From: Laetmonice hystrix
Taxonomy: Eukaryota
Direction: 5' to 3'
NCBI GenBank assembly: GCA_965235115.1
Contig: OZ249436.1
Location: forward strand, 10,294,001-10,354,000
Length of the DNA: 60,000 bases
Shown: positions 29,552-42,108 of the stretch, piece by piece
How the letters are laid out: each line of letters begins with the position of its first letter
How positions within the stretch are numbered: position 1 is the stretch's first letter
The notes under the pieces: model-generated
Told to the model about the DNA's origin: nothing
Database searches by the model: none
The model's input: only the letters and a program-made list of their open reading frames with translations
Position numbers and translations under genes: made by a program

Positions 29552-30524
29552 CCCGCCCAAGACTGATTTTCCAAGCTTCCAGCGGCCAACAGGGAAGGGC
29601 CCCTTGCGGCAAACCCAAACCTCCGCAGCGCCAGTGTAGCGTAGTGGTAGCTTTGGGAACCAGTTTCAGTGCCAGAACATGAGATGGCGCCACCATCTGG
29701 GCCAACACCCGAGTAGAGTCCCGTGTCCGGATAGCGATTGGCCCCCAAGCGGTCACCTCGGAGAGTATGGCCCTGGTCATGCTGACGGGAGGGTTAACGG
29801 GAGGGTATGCCACCCCATGCATATTTTGGAAAGTGGCTCAAAAGTTATTTCGTCTGAAGGCATTTAAGTGACATAAGCAGTACCAGTAGGCCTTATAGTG
29901 AGTAGTGGCGGCATGAATATGGTGTGCCAGATGGATGGGGGGAGGGGGCATGGTTCAGCGGTACACAGCGATAGATTTTAATTAAAAACAATATACATAG
30001 CATTTCTATTAAAAATGTAAATTTAATAACATGATTACTACAAAATTCGTAAGATCATGCTGAGCTCCATGCCCATGGCATAGGTTCATGGTTTACATTT
30101 GCCTCATGTTAGACTTACTCTCTTTACATTGCTGATAACTCAGGTCTGCCAAATCTACTGACCGAGCACGTACCAGGACAGCCAAAAAATGGAATGCACA
30201 GAGCAGTTGCCCATCGGACAACTACAACAATGCCTTTATATTAGGCCTACCCAGTATAGGTATAGATGACTATCGCAGTGGATGGTCCAAACCAAAGGGG
30301 GAGGATTTTTTTATCCCGACACTCCAAATGCAGTATAGTACGGTCAGCAGCACTTATATCACTATCACATTTTATTTTCCAGGGCTATCTACAATTTCAT
30401 AAAATCAATACTGGTAGTTTGAATGTTTAGAGATTAAATTTGATCACACTACAAGTGTTGCACATGCTGACAAAAACCCATCAAAATATCTTTTCTTTAG
30501 GAAAGTACACAAGATGAATATACC

Positions 30525-32856
30525 TCATATTTTTGAATCACAGTTCCCTTGTTCTACAACACTGTTTTCAAGGAGTGCTCTAATCTTGTCCATACTGTAA
30601 CCTGCTTCCTGAAGGACTTCTGTTGTATGTTCACCATGGAATGGTTGACGCCTTACTTCGGTCACACCAGGGCTTTTACTTAACCTTGGTGCAACCTGGG
30701 GTTCAACGCCTCCCTGTCTGTTCATCATAAATGACCTTCTATCTGTATTGTGTGGATGTTCTGCAGCTTCATCAAGGGACAGTACAGGTGTAACACAAGC
30801 ATCTGTTCCATTGAATATCTCACACCATTCAGTCTGTGTTTTGGTGGCAAAAATGGCTGTGAACTTTTCTCGGGTAGCTGCAAAGTCAGTCATATGGGGA
30901 GCTTCTTTTTCTGTCAGCCCAAGACCTGAAAGTACAACATTAGCACACTTACTGCCCTGGGCTTGTGGTTATCAACATTCAAACAGCTATCGAGCAGGAC
31001 TTGAGCTTATGATAGTTTGGCTGATGGTCCTTCTACATTTCCTTCTACAGCTTCAACATTGCTGACCACTTTATTAATGTAAAACTAAACTCACCTTTTA
31101 ATAGATTGGCATAAAACTGAACCTCTATGGCGCCTACTGCCATGTATTTTCCATCTGAAGTTTTGTATGTGTCATAGAAGTGTGCACCTCCATCTAAAAT
31201 GTTCTCCCCTCGAGGTTTGCCCCATATAAACAAATCCCGGGACCTCCACAACCAGCTTCCTACAAGACATAAAATGTCCATTTTAAAATTTTTAATTAAT
31301 TATCTGAATAATTCAGATAGAGTGGAACCTCACAAATATCACCACCTGTGGGACTGGCCGAAAGTGGTCTTAATTCTGAGGTGGTCACTATTCTGAAAAA
31401 GTGGTCATATTTTTGAGGTGGTCTTAGTTCTGAGGTGGTCAGTTGGTGAGGTTCCACTGTCGTTGACATAGTGCCAAACACACAAATGGGAGTCATGAGT
31501 GAAAAATTTGATTGCCATCCTATAAATTACTCTGTATACTTCACCTATGTAAGCAGCTCCTTCAACCATGTTGGCATCAATGACTTGACCGTGACCTGAA
31601 ATAGACCTTTCATACAAGGCCATTACAATGCCAAATGCACACATGAGACCTCCACCTGCAAAGTCAGCCATCAGGTTGACCGGGAAGTATGGCTTATCCT
31701 GGGCTCGACCAAATGTAGACAACAACCCTGGGAAAAAACTGACACCTTACTATGGTGAATTAAACCACATAATAACAATTGAAAAATATGACTACTAAAG
31801 CACAAATAGAATGTACATTGTACCACCCTTTCTGTAAGGTCTCATGAAATTACATTGTATGATATGACATTAACTTGACAATAACTTTGAATTAATCATT
31901 TAATTTTTTTGACACATCTGTAAAAAAATCATTATATCTGCCATGAAGCTGTATAAATTAAAAATACTTATAGTTATCTTCATACAGGACAGGATATCTG
32001 TTAATACCTGCAGATATCTTTAAAACAGTGCATATATTCTCGAAGAAGTACAAATACCCAGGTTCACCTGAGATAGCCAGGTAGTTGATGTCATGGCCAG
32101 CAGCTTTAGACAGTGAACCTGACTGACCATATCCTGTCAAACGTGCATAGATGAGGCTTGGGTTCTCTTTACACAGGTTATCAGGTCCCAGACCTAAATT
32201 TTCCATAACACCTGTCAAAAATATTCATCACTGTAGTCTCATTTCCAACTGATGAAAGAAGTAGAACATAAAATGCTGTACTGAGTAGTACAATTTTATA
32301 CCACCTCAGAAATTAAATTTCAAGCATTGTGCCTTTGTCCTTTCTCGGAAGTAAATAAAAAAAACCAGACCAAACACAAATTTGACTCGATTCTTCATTC
32401 TTCAAGAACACTAACAGAGAAACTAGGATCTTTCTCTATATTGTGACATTGAAAAGATATAGAACTAACCAGAGCGGAAAGGCTCTATAAGGACATCACT
32501 ATTCCTGGAGAGTTGCCGAATCACTTCACAACCCTTAGGAGTCTTCAGATCAACTGCCACTGAACGCTTTCCACGTGCCAGACGATCCATATGTGATACA
32601 CTGCCAACCTAGCAAGAAAAGACACGGCATTAAAATTTACTGCACCTGCTGCAAAAATTCATATCCTTGCCTACATCACATTCTAGTTTTTCCCATGATT
32701 GCAACTCCTCTATGATTACATAAAGTACCATCTCATTCAATGACCTACCTTGTCAATACGGGTCACCGTGGCACCGTAATCTGCCAATATCATGCCACAA
32801 AACGGACCTGGGGCCAGTCCGCTGAACTCTAGGACTCTGATTCCTTCCAATGCCAT
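30525..32856 (-). CDS. AMACR: Alpha-methylacyl-CoA racemase (CoA-transferase family III fold)
   Basis: Exons 32856-32749, 32608-32470, 32211-32068, 31727-31545, 31259-31095, 30925-30525. [47 protein letters not shown] (catalytic His), [10 protein letters not shown] (catalytic Asp), C-terminal -SKI. Probable 5'UTR exon ends at 33356. Confidence 0.96.
31320..31459. mobile_element. Tc1/mariner-like MITE in AMACR intron 4
   Basis: TIR AGTGGAACCTCAC / GTGAGGTTCCACT, preceded by TA; internal TCTGAGGTGGTC repeats. A possibly related fragment starts at 34501. Confidence 0.7.
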
Positions 32857-33109
32857 TCTATAGATCAAGTAAATAAAAATTTAATACAAATTTGGTTCAG
32901 TGATGATTAGTGACACTCTTCTATTCGCAAGTCAGACTTTCCAGTTTCAGTTTCAGCTCTAAAATCTGGATGAGATTACACAATATACTATTGTCAACTT
33001 AGTTCAGTTTCTAAACATACAGTGTCAAGCAAATTCTACCCAGCCATAAGCATAACATAATCATAAGTTATAACCCCCCTCCCCCTTACAAAAATCCTGG
33101 ATCCGCCCC

Positions 33110-33258
33110 TGGCCCTGCCATGGCCCATGCCTATGCCCTGGCCATATGTCCCATGGCCATGGCATGGTCCATGGGACTGGCATGGCCCATGCCATGGACC
33201 TGGCATGGCCCCATGCACCTGTCACCTGGCATGGCCCATGGACCTGGCATGGCCCATA
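33110..33258. repeat. Degenerate CCATGG/GGCATGGCCC repeat next to a GGATCCGCCCCTG transposon end
   Basis: Dense imperfect repeats of GCCATGGC/TGGCATGGCCC; gives the spurious PGPWHG-type ORFs. Confidence 0.7.
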
Positions 33259-34240
33259 ATAAGTGGTTTGTGGTTGAACTTAGTAAGTTAGTTGAAGTTG
33301 AACACCCAACGAGTGTCTGTCAGCGGTATGATCATGTACCGGTACATCAAACTACCTTGTTATTGGTCTGGCTCCCATTTCATCTGTTAAAGACGGTCTT
33401 TACACAGTGATCAGTTCATGCTGACTTTGACCTCTCACTTTTTAACCCACTTCTTTTCAGAAGGAGCTTATCTTGTGTTGTGGCTGAAACTCAAGCAGCC
33501 GATGGAACTGTCGTCCGAAATTATGACCTACTGAAATTGTTTGCCGCTAGAGGGCGGCATCGTGGCAGGGACCATCACCAATATAATTTTAGAAGCACTC
33601 ATGTGAAACCAGTGTCATATTTAATTTCCTTTCAACATGTATTCCCTTTAATTCAATTTAATGCACAGTCACAAAACACCAATTCCATAAGTTATAACAG
33701 GCATCAGAGAGTGTCAGTAGCTCTAGAAACTGCAGCGCCATCTACTGTGTAGAAGGTGCCCGTTCCTTCTTCAGTTCTTGGATTTGTTGTGGTGTTGCCA
33801 TGATTTGCTGACTGAGTCAGTACAGTGGCATTTGTCATCAGCGATAACATACCCATCAGTGTACTACTGGCGAAACTTACATCATTCATATATCAAAGTA
33901 AGTTGTTCTTGAACCAAAGAATATAATTTTTCGTGTCGGTGTTAACTAGATAAATTACAGGCACTTTTGGACCAGATAAATCGCGATTATAGTTGAGCGA
34001 TAATGGGAGACAATAGTCTAAATATTTAACGTAATGTAATGTAATGCTTTATTTCAGAATCATTTTGTTTTCCAATACAAAATGTTCCATATAAAAATAA
34101 ATAGAGTAAAACAATTTACTAAACTAAGACATATAGGTCCACTACTTATGTTCACATACTTCTGCCCGCTGACGCTGTATGAATCCTGAAACGACACACA
34201 CGTCACTGCATTATTTATATGGTCTTTTTCTATCGCTCAG

Positions 34241-37129
34241 ATGGCTAAAATCATCTCACAAGAGACCTTCGATGATGTGGTGAAGGAGAACATGGTAGAA
34301 TTTGAGATGAGTGTGGATGAAGCCATAACAGAAGCTGTTCAACAGTTTGAGTCTCAGGTAAGCAATTAGCCCCTATTAAACAATCTGTATGTTATTGTAA
34401 GTGTGAAAAATATAAGTCAAGTGTCTGTTATCTGGGTGCCACAGATTGGAAATACATGGATGTTTCACTCTGCCGTATAAATAATTTTAAAGAATTTAAA
34501 TACAGTAGCAACCCGCTTAGGTGACCACCTTTGGGACTGAGATTTTTTTGGTCGCATAGCAAGGTGATTGCCTACATGAGTGACACCTTATGTAGGGTAA
34601 AATCGTTTGTTCATTGAGAAAATTTGTGTCATTCCAGGGGGTGAACCTGCTTAACATTGTCAGAGACCCACAACTCTATACAGGAGATGGAGGAACAGAA
34701 TATAAGCATGTAGTTGTTGATGCCATACAACAGCTTGCAGGTGTTCTTGAGGCCACGCCCATAAACCAAGACTCAGTTCTTGAAAAACTCCAAGTGATAG
34801 GGAGAGAATGTGATGCTGACCTGGCTCGCAGGTAAAGTTACAGTTTCTTGTCATTTTAACATTCAGATGATGAAATCTGGATCATTGATAGATAATCTAA
34901 AGTTAGAATGCAGTGACCTGGTTTTGCTGCTATGGATATGGTAGCTATGTGAAACCAAACTATAGCACCTGATGTCTGGGATAGGTGAGGTGTGGTGGTG
35001 GACGCAGTGTCTTGAAAGTTCCTCGCAGAAAAAAAAAGTTTTTATGAAGCTGTGCAAGATAATACAAATGTAAACATTTTCTTAAGAAAAATGTAGAGAT
35101 TCATTCAAACTATCCAAGAATTCATGTCTGAAATGTCTTTTCAGTTTACCATATGTAATAATAATTACAGTACTCTTTCTTTTAGGTGTATGGCAGGAAA
35201 GAACAATGGATATGAGACTTTGCTGAAAGCCTGTAGGAAATTCATGAGGGAAACAAGTATGTTTAAGGAAGTGTTAACAACGTTTGTGGCCTTGTGCAGT
35301 GGACAGCCTGACCTGATGGATCAGCAAGGAATGGATCTTCTGTGTGAATACCTTGTCACATTTTATGATGATCCAGTGGTTGTCACTTTAGTCCTGAGGC
35401 TGATACGTGTAAGCTGTGTAATGCATGAACAGAACAGACAAGACTTTGTGGAGAGAAACCTGATCACACAGCTTGCTAAGTTACTTGACCACCACCATCA
35501 TGAGAGTGGTGTGGTCAAAGAGATTTGTAAAATGATGAGAGTGCTCACCACTGATGATGATATACGAGTACCTTTTGGGAAGAGCCATGAACACGCCAAG
35601 ATGATTGTATTAGAGGATAATGCCCTAAAAAAGATTCTCAACATTGCCACAGGTAAGTGATAGGTTATCCACGGGAGTGATTTCCTCCTCCTCCTTCTCC
35701 TCCTCCTTCTCCCCCTCCTCCTCACCCTCCTCACCCTCCTCACCGTCAACCTCCCAGGCCTGCTCCTCCTCTACTCCCCCTCCTACTTGTAATAGTTGTA
35801 TGAAGAGATTATTGTATGAGCTCAGTATTATTTATTTTTAAAAACATTTACTTTTTGACTGTTGGGCTTCACTACTTTCATTTTTAAGGAGTACCGGTAA
35901 TTTAATTTGAGGGATCATTAACCATATGCCATTATTTATCAATTGAATTTCATATTTTTTCCAGATTATAAATCTGATTCAGCTATATTAGGGGAGTTAT
36001 TTCTAACTCTTGCAAAGCTGTCGGTTAGAGATGAATTTTGTGCTGAGGTCATGGATTTGGGTGGAGTCCAGCTGATGATCGACGCCCTTGAAAACAATAT
36101 ATCTCATAAAGTGAGTGTCTTTAACCAAAAAAGGTTGACGGGAAGAGATTCTACTACTGTCCGTGTTGTTTTTTTATATCAAGAAAGATTCAAGAATTAT
36201 AATATCAGGCAGTTCAAGGATGCTGAGAAGCAAAAGGTCATGGTTTGTGCTAGTACAGACTGCAATACAGTTATTCTATATCTGAAATCTAATCATATAC
36301 AAATCATTTTACTGCTGTCATGTCAAGTTATGTTTGTGATTCCAGGGACTTGTCAAACAGATACTTGTGGTGCTCAAAACTGTGGCAGGCAATGATGACG
36401 TCAAGATTGCTATCATCAATGCTAATGGTGCTGAACTCGTACTTGCTGCAATGGACAAACACCAGTTGAACTCTGGGATAGCTGAACTAGGATGTGCAGC
36501 AATTTCAACAATCATCCTACGCAACATTGACAACTGTAATCGTGTGATGGCGGCAGGAGGAGCAGAGGTGATTGTCAAGGCCATGCAGCTTCATCCAGGC
36601 GCAGCAGGTGTACAGGTGAGTTCGGATTCCTACAGTGGAGTTCCTGTCACTCCTCATACCCTTTGAGACATTATGTAACACAGTATGTAGAATATTTAGT
36701 TTGGAACATAGACCAGGTTAAAATAGATCAAGGATTACTAATTTAAGTGTAGATCAGCATTTTATTGAGGGTCATTATAGCCTGTATGCATATTTCCTTT
36801 TACCAGACAGACAGCCAGACAGACAGACAATGAAAGAAAACACCGAAAAGATTTCCTTCAAAGACGTTTCAGTGTTCAAAGTACATGTACTTTCTTTTTC
36901 ATTGTAATTTCAGACGCAAGGGTGTATGGCTGTGCGAAACCTTGTAGCCCGGACTCGAAACTTCTGCAGTGTATTCCTACAGCTTGGGGCAGAGGCAGTC
37001 ATACAAACTGCATTAAAGTCTCACCCTTCTTGCAGCGATCAAGCCAGGGCTGCATTAAGGGATCTTGACTGCAAGGTTGAACTACGAGAGCTTTGGAAAG
37101 GAGAATCTAAAGGTTTAGTGCAGGACTAA
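34241..37129 (+). CDS. ARMC6: Armadillo repeat-containing protein 6
   Basis: Exons 34241-34357, 34638-34831, 35186-35652, 35965-36110, 36346-36615, 36914-37129. [77 protein letters not shown] directly follows an acceptor, so a 5'UTR exon (donor ~33898) is likely. Confidence 0.95.
35683..35785. repeat. (CCT)n-like polypyrimidine tract in ARMC6 intron 3
   Basis: Imperfect CCT repeats seen directly. Confidence 0.8.
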
Positions 37130-37629
37130 AGTACACCTCAAAGCAAGAGATTTAAAAGAAATGCATGTTACTAGGAAGGTGTTTGCACTGTTGACTTGAA
37201 TGTTGTACATTGTCATCAACAATTCATTTCCGGATCAATAAAATATTATACACTATTAAACATAAAAACGTTGGATGACTAGGATTCATTTTTACCTGAT
37301 ACATAAACCTGTTGTGTAATGAGTATCAGTGGGGTTAGCAAGATATTAATTATAGAACCTTTTAGGTCCAATGAATTTGTATTTATTGGCGCCATGATGC
37401 AATTTTCTATCACACTCACTATTGCCATCGCTTTCATCATCATTAATTATTAATGCCAGGAGTCTTGTGCTAAGGTCAGGGTGCTAAGATTTCTCTTTTG
37501 TGTGAAGTAATTTTACTCTTTGAAAACTGTAAAGTCCTCGCCCCAAACAATATGAGCATATTGTTAGCACGTATGTCAAACTTGCGCGAGTGACACGTTA
37601 GAAATTTCCTCGTGAAACATCACTTTTAC

Positions 37630-37663
37630 CATAGAACATGTAACAATTGTTACATGTTCTATG
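37630..37663. mobile_element. 34-bp perfect palindrome with 7-bp direct flanks (TIR-only element)
   Basis: CATAGAACATGTAACAATTGTTACATGTTCTATG, flanked by CTTTTAC at 37623-29 and 37664-70. Confidence 0.7.
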
Positions 37664-37985
37664 CTTTTACTGGCACGAACAGCTTATTTTCTTATCACTA
37701 GGGGGCAGCACAGATGTGGCGTTGTTAAAAGCTTGTTCCGGATGACACTAGATGGCGGCTTAAATTGATGGCAGACCGTTGGCAGGACACCTTACATCTG
37801 AACATGGGTTCTGACTACAAACAGAACAAAAATGGGTATCTGAATCGGTAGGCATACAGATCGTTTCGACCGGCTTCTACCCTAGCTTTTTTTGCGGACA
37901 ATTTTTTTGACGAGTTGACTTTTTCTGGCCCCCCCCCCCCCCGACACATGCACTAGGCTGAACTTGTCCACATCGCCAGAGTATA

Positions 37986-38208
37986 CCGTATATGTCCTAT
38001 TTGCCGCGCACCTCCTATTTGCCGCGCACCCCAGCATTTTTTAAAACCCAATGTGTTTGTCAGGGGTGGAAATTTGGGAAAACTCATATTGGGGACTCAT
38101 ATTGGGGACCTATTTGGAAAGAAAATGCCCCCTTAACGTTAAAATAATTCATTTGCCGCGCACCCCCCTTCTGCACACGCGCATGCGCGGCAAATAGGAC
38201 ATATACGG
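37986..38208. mobile_element. pogo/Tigger-like (Tc1-mariner superfamily) MITE
   Basis: Perfect 24-bp TIR CCGTATATGTCCTATTTGCCGCGC with TA on both sides; internal copies of ATTTGCCGCGCACC. Confidence 0.88.
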
Positions 38209-38504
38209 TATTCATATAGTCCTACGATGCGGGCTGAGGTTGCAAGCCTCGCCAGAAAGTAGACTTATACAAGGGGGGGGGGGAGTTGGGTGGCTGAAAC
38301 CCCCCGCTCCGCCCCGCCCCCCCCCCCCCCACCCCACCCCCGGTGCCAGAGAATACAATTCATTGGTCATGAAATTCAGTTTTTTTCGGTGGCATACCCC
38401 GGACCCCTAGCTTTCGCTTCGCATTTTACACAAATTTTTGGAACACCCCCCCCCCCCCATCAACCTCTGGCTACAACCCTATTATACAAGTTGTTCCCTG
38501 TCCC

Positions 38505-38713
38505 TTCTTCTCCGTTCTCCTTCCTTTTCTTCTTCTTCTTCTTCTTCTTCTTCTTCTTCTTCTTCTTCTTCTTCTTCTTCTTCTTCTTCTTCTTCTTCTC
38601 CCTTCTTCTCCCTTCTTCTTCTTCCTTCTTCTTCTTTCTTCTTCTTCTTCCTTCTTCTTCTCCCTTCTTCTCCCTTCTTCTCCCTTCTTCTCCCTGCTTC
38701 TTCTCTTTCTTCT
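38505..38713. repeat. (CTT)n microsatellite with degenerate flanks
   Basis: Long pure CTT run at ~38528-38598, then CTTCTCCCTT variants. Confidence 0.97.
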
Positions 38714-40910
38714 GAACAGAACAGAACATGAAGAGAACACCGGTTGCCGGACCCTAGTGTACGGCGACCTCTCGTTGCACTTTGATTGAGCGAACAATAA
38801 TTGATTCCCCCGTGTCGGTGGAGCACTGAGATACTGAGGGCACCCACATCTAGGGCCCAGTGGACGACTGTCCAACACAGATTAAAGATTTAATTCATAG
38901 GGTTAGCGAACATGTGCAAAAATCAGATCGAGTTAATGTGTTGGTTCTCATGCTCCGATGTGAAAAGATCGTCGTTTTCAACAGGAGGGGAGTTTGTCCG
39001 CAGTTTTCAGTATGAAATCGACACAAAATCAAAAATGAGGTAACTATTGTGGTGTCATTGACTATAGATATGGGCTAAGTATCACACATGTTTTTTTGGG
39101 AAAGTTTATTTTGGAACTTGTTCAGTGTTTGCCTCCGGTTTAACCTGGTCATCACAAAATGTATTTAGCCTCGATCTACAACTATTTAAAATCTGACAAG
39201 AGCTAGCGAGAAGCTACGAAGTTGCACATAGGCCATATACGCGAACCTCACCCCTCCACCCCAACATACCCACACACATATAGGCTGCCTGTAATAAATG
39301 TGCATGTGCTGCGTTGTGACTAATTTAGATAACTATAGTTACCGTACATGTATTGCCTTATTGAGCCTGCTGCCGAATGCGATGCCTAATACGTAATCAC
39401 CTACACCTACATCCCTAAGTCGTAATCACAAACTCGAGTGTTCTGGGTGGTAACAAAATGCAAGCATGGCCCTTAATCTACATATAGGCATACCGGCCAC
39501 TGTATGTAATTATATCCTCACACGGGCCTGCCGATAAGGTCATATTCCCACGAATTTTGTCGATGTATCTTTACTATTACACCCGCCATCTCCGAGCGTG
39601 ACCATTGGGCAGTGCGTGGCAAAATTATTTCTCACGGACCAACTGACCCAGATAGTCCGAATCTTTGACCCAAACAATATTTGATTCTACCGTGACCTCC
39701 CTTTAGTTCAAGGATGTGATTTCCTAAGAAATAGCCTATTCAACTGTGACAACCCATAGCATCAAAGTGGCCGAAGTCAGCAATTACGTTGGCCTTATTT
39801 GGTTATTATAAGCCCGGTCAGTACAACGACACGCATTCGTGCGATATAGCCGACGCCGGAAATAGTGTCCCATGTCGATAAAAACAATTAATCTTGTGGC
39901 GTCCACATCATCTGTCCTTCCAATTAAACAAAAGGGTCCTTCTGAAATTAGCCGTTGTAACAAATGAAGTAGGCCTATATATTGCCGCGGAAGACGCGGT
40001 GTACGTGGGGAGTGAATTCTCCACTGCATGCATGTGTGATTTACAATGCCGTTTTCTGTTTCACAAATACGATGCCATGCAACAAGCAATACATGCGGCG
40101 TGGAAAAGCTTTTCTTAACATGAAATATCGCTACGGTAGTCGCTTATTTCGCGTCATCTACACGAATTTATACGATCACCATCCTAATAATGGAAAGAAG
40201 AAATTATTAGGCATGGTATCATCTTTACTTAAAATAAAGTTGTTTATCATTTATAATATGTGAAGAGCCTCAGACCCTATGCATACAGAAAGGGTTATAT
40301 TGATGTGCCTTTACCCGAACATAAATTGACACGTCCAATTCGTAACCGTTCGCGCAGCAAGAAATCATTTTTACGCCAAGTGATAATTGCGAATAATAAT
40401 CCAATGACGCATACTATCCAATTTATTCCACTGAATTATTCATTCCTTTACGGAGCAGTGGCCGCCTGTCTATGCGAAAACACAATAATCACCACCCTTA
40501 CCGTTTTATATGTAGGCCTATCCAGGGGCGGATCCAGGATCTTGGTAAGGCGGGGGAGGGGGGGGGGCGTTGGGGGGAGGGGGTTCAGCATGGTCAATTC
40601 AGAAAGTTCTATGGGGGAAAAAGAAAAATCACAGAAAGTTGGGAGCCTCCTTCTGCCACCCCCTACCTATAGGGCCTACATTAATTAGTTTTCTCCCTTA
40701 CATTATAGGTTTATATATAGTTGCCTGATGTATACGCCTTTAGGGTCTATACTATGCCCAATATACTCTCTGTATAGCCGAGTTGACCCCACTTGGGGTC
40801 TGGTTTACCATGCATGGTTCTGTATTTGCGGGACATTTTCTAACGACCACGAATGGATGCAAGAAATGACAGACTGGCATTGTGTCATTATAATTGCCAC
40901 AGAACACCAG

Positions 40911-41076
40911 GCCCCAGTTTCCAGAAAGTGGTTAAGTTAACTAGGTTGGTTAAGATGAATTTTAACCAGAAATTAACCAATCAGGAAACAGAGAATTAAC
41001 CAATTTTTGTTAAAGTCAGAGTTAACCACGATTTTAACCACCTTAGTTAACTTAACCACTTTCTTGAAACTGAGGC
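40911..41076. mobile_element. Harbinger-like MITE
   Basis: ~32-bp TIR GCCCCAGTTTCCAGAAAGTGGTTAAGTTAACT / AGTTAACTTAACCACTTTCTTGAAACTGAGGC; 3-bp duplication CAG (40908-10 / 41077-79). Confidence 0.88.
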
Positions 41077-41758
41077 CAGATATAGGCCTATCGTCGGCCA
41101 TCGGAATTTAGCAGGTGCTCCTCCACAGTATGGCGATCGGGCTTCGTGCGACAGGTTCAGCTTTGATCTTAACGTCAACAAGTTACCGGCACGGATATCT
41201 TCTCGAGTTCTATCGCCTATACTCTCAGTGTATGGAGGGCACTCAATGGCGGATCCCCCCCCCCCCCCGCCGCATCTAAACTCTGAATTATGCTATAGGG
41301 CTAAATATAGCATGGAGATACCCACCCCCACCCCCACCCCACCCCGTTTTCAATGCTCGAGGTTTTGTCCGACCGCTATCGTTTGGACTGATATAGTCCA
41401 ATCAAGGTTAGCCCCCCCACTAATTAAATGTAGGTCTAGTCCTGGACCCCCCCCCCCCGCCCCCTCCCATAGGCCTAGGCCTACGCATGGCGCGCATCAT
41501 CTAATTGGGTGAATTCAACGGACGGGTGAAGGAATAGATGAAATCAATTTCATTAGAAACCCCACAATCGTAAATTGTGTTTTTCATCTGATTACTGTCG
41601 AGGTGTTCATTTTGATAGATACGTTGCAAATAATTTCGTTACTGGTAGGCCTATAGGCATAGGCCTAGATTTTATGTAGGCCTACCTAAGCCTGAAAAAT
41701 AGATACATGTATATAGTTTGGTTAAACATGGCCTTATAGATCTACAGGCCTACTGTAT

Positions 41759-42108
41759 CACTGGGGGATCCAGGGGGCCCAAGGGGCCCGCCCCCCCCCC
41801 CCTTAAGTTTTCCTTTCGCCCTCCCCCTTTATAAGAAGATGCAATATTCGGACCCTGAAACCAGGATTCCAACAAAATTCTTTTTTTAAAAAAACCTTCT
41901 ATATTGTACGTGATAGTAACATGGGGCCCAAAAGGGCCTCCAAAGTCATCCAGGAGCAACATAACTCTAGGCCATGCAGCATAGACAAAAAGGGGGCCCA
42001 GAATGTCCATAATCACAATGAAATCATGCCGAGCGTAGCGAGGCTAAAACTTTTTAGGTGCATGCCCCCCCCCCCCCCCCCCCCTATCTAAATCCTGGAT
42101 CCCCACTG
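41759..42108. mobile_element. hAT-like MITE of the CAG(G/T)GGCGGATCCAG-end type
   Basis: Left CACTGGGGGATCCAG, right CTGGATCCCCACTG, poly-C tracts inside; similar solo ends at ~33097-33111, 40523 and 41244. Confidence 0.55.

Noticed and set aside
29647..29660. RFX X-box upstream of CCDC112
   Set aside because: GTTCCCAAAGCTAC is too degenerate to support without conservation data.
34868..34972. Box C/D snoRNA in ARMC6 intron 2 (ATGATGA...CTGA)
   Set aside because: Terminal stem only ~2 bp and no recognisable rRNA guide.
38290..38878. Poly-F/S/K/E/R ORFs
   Set aside because: Translations of the (CTT)n microsatellite.
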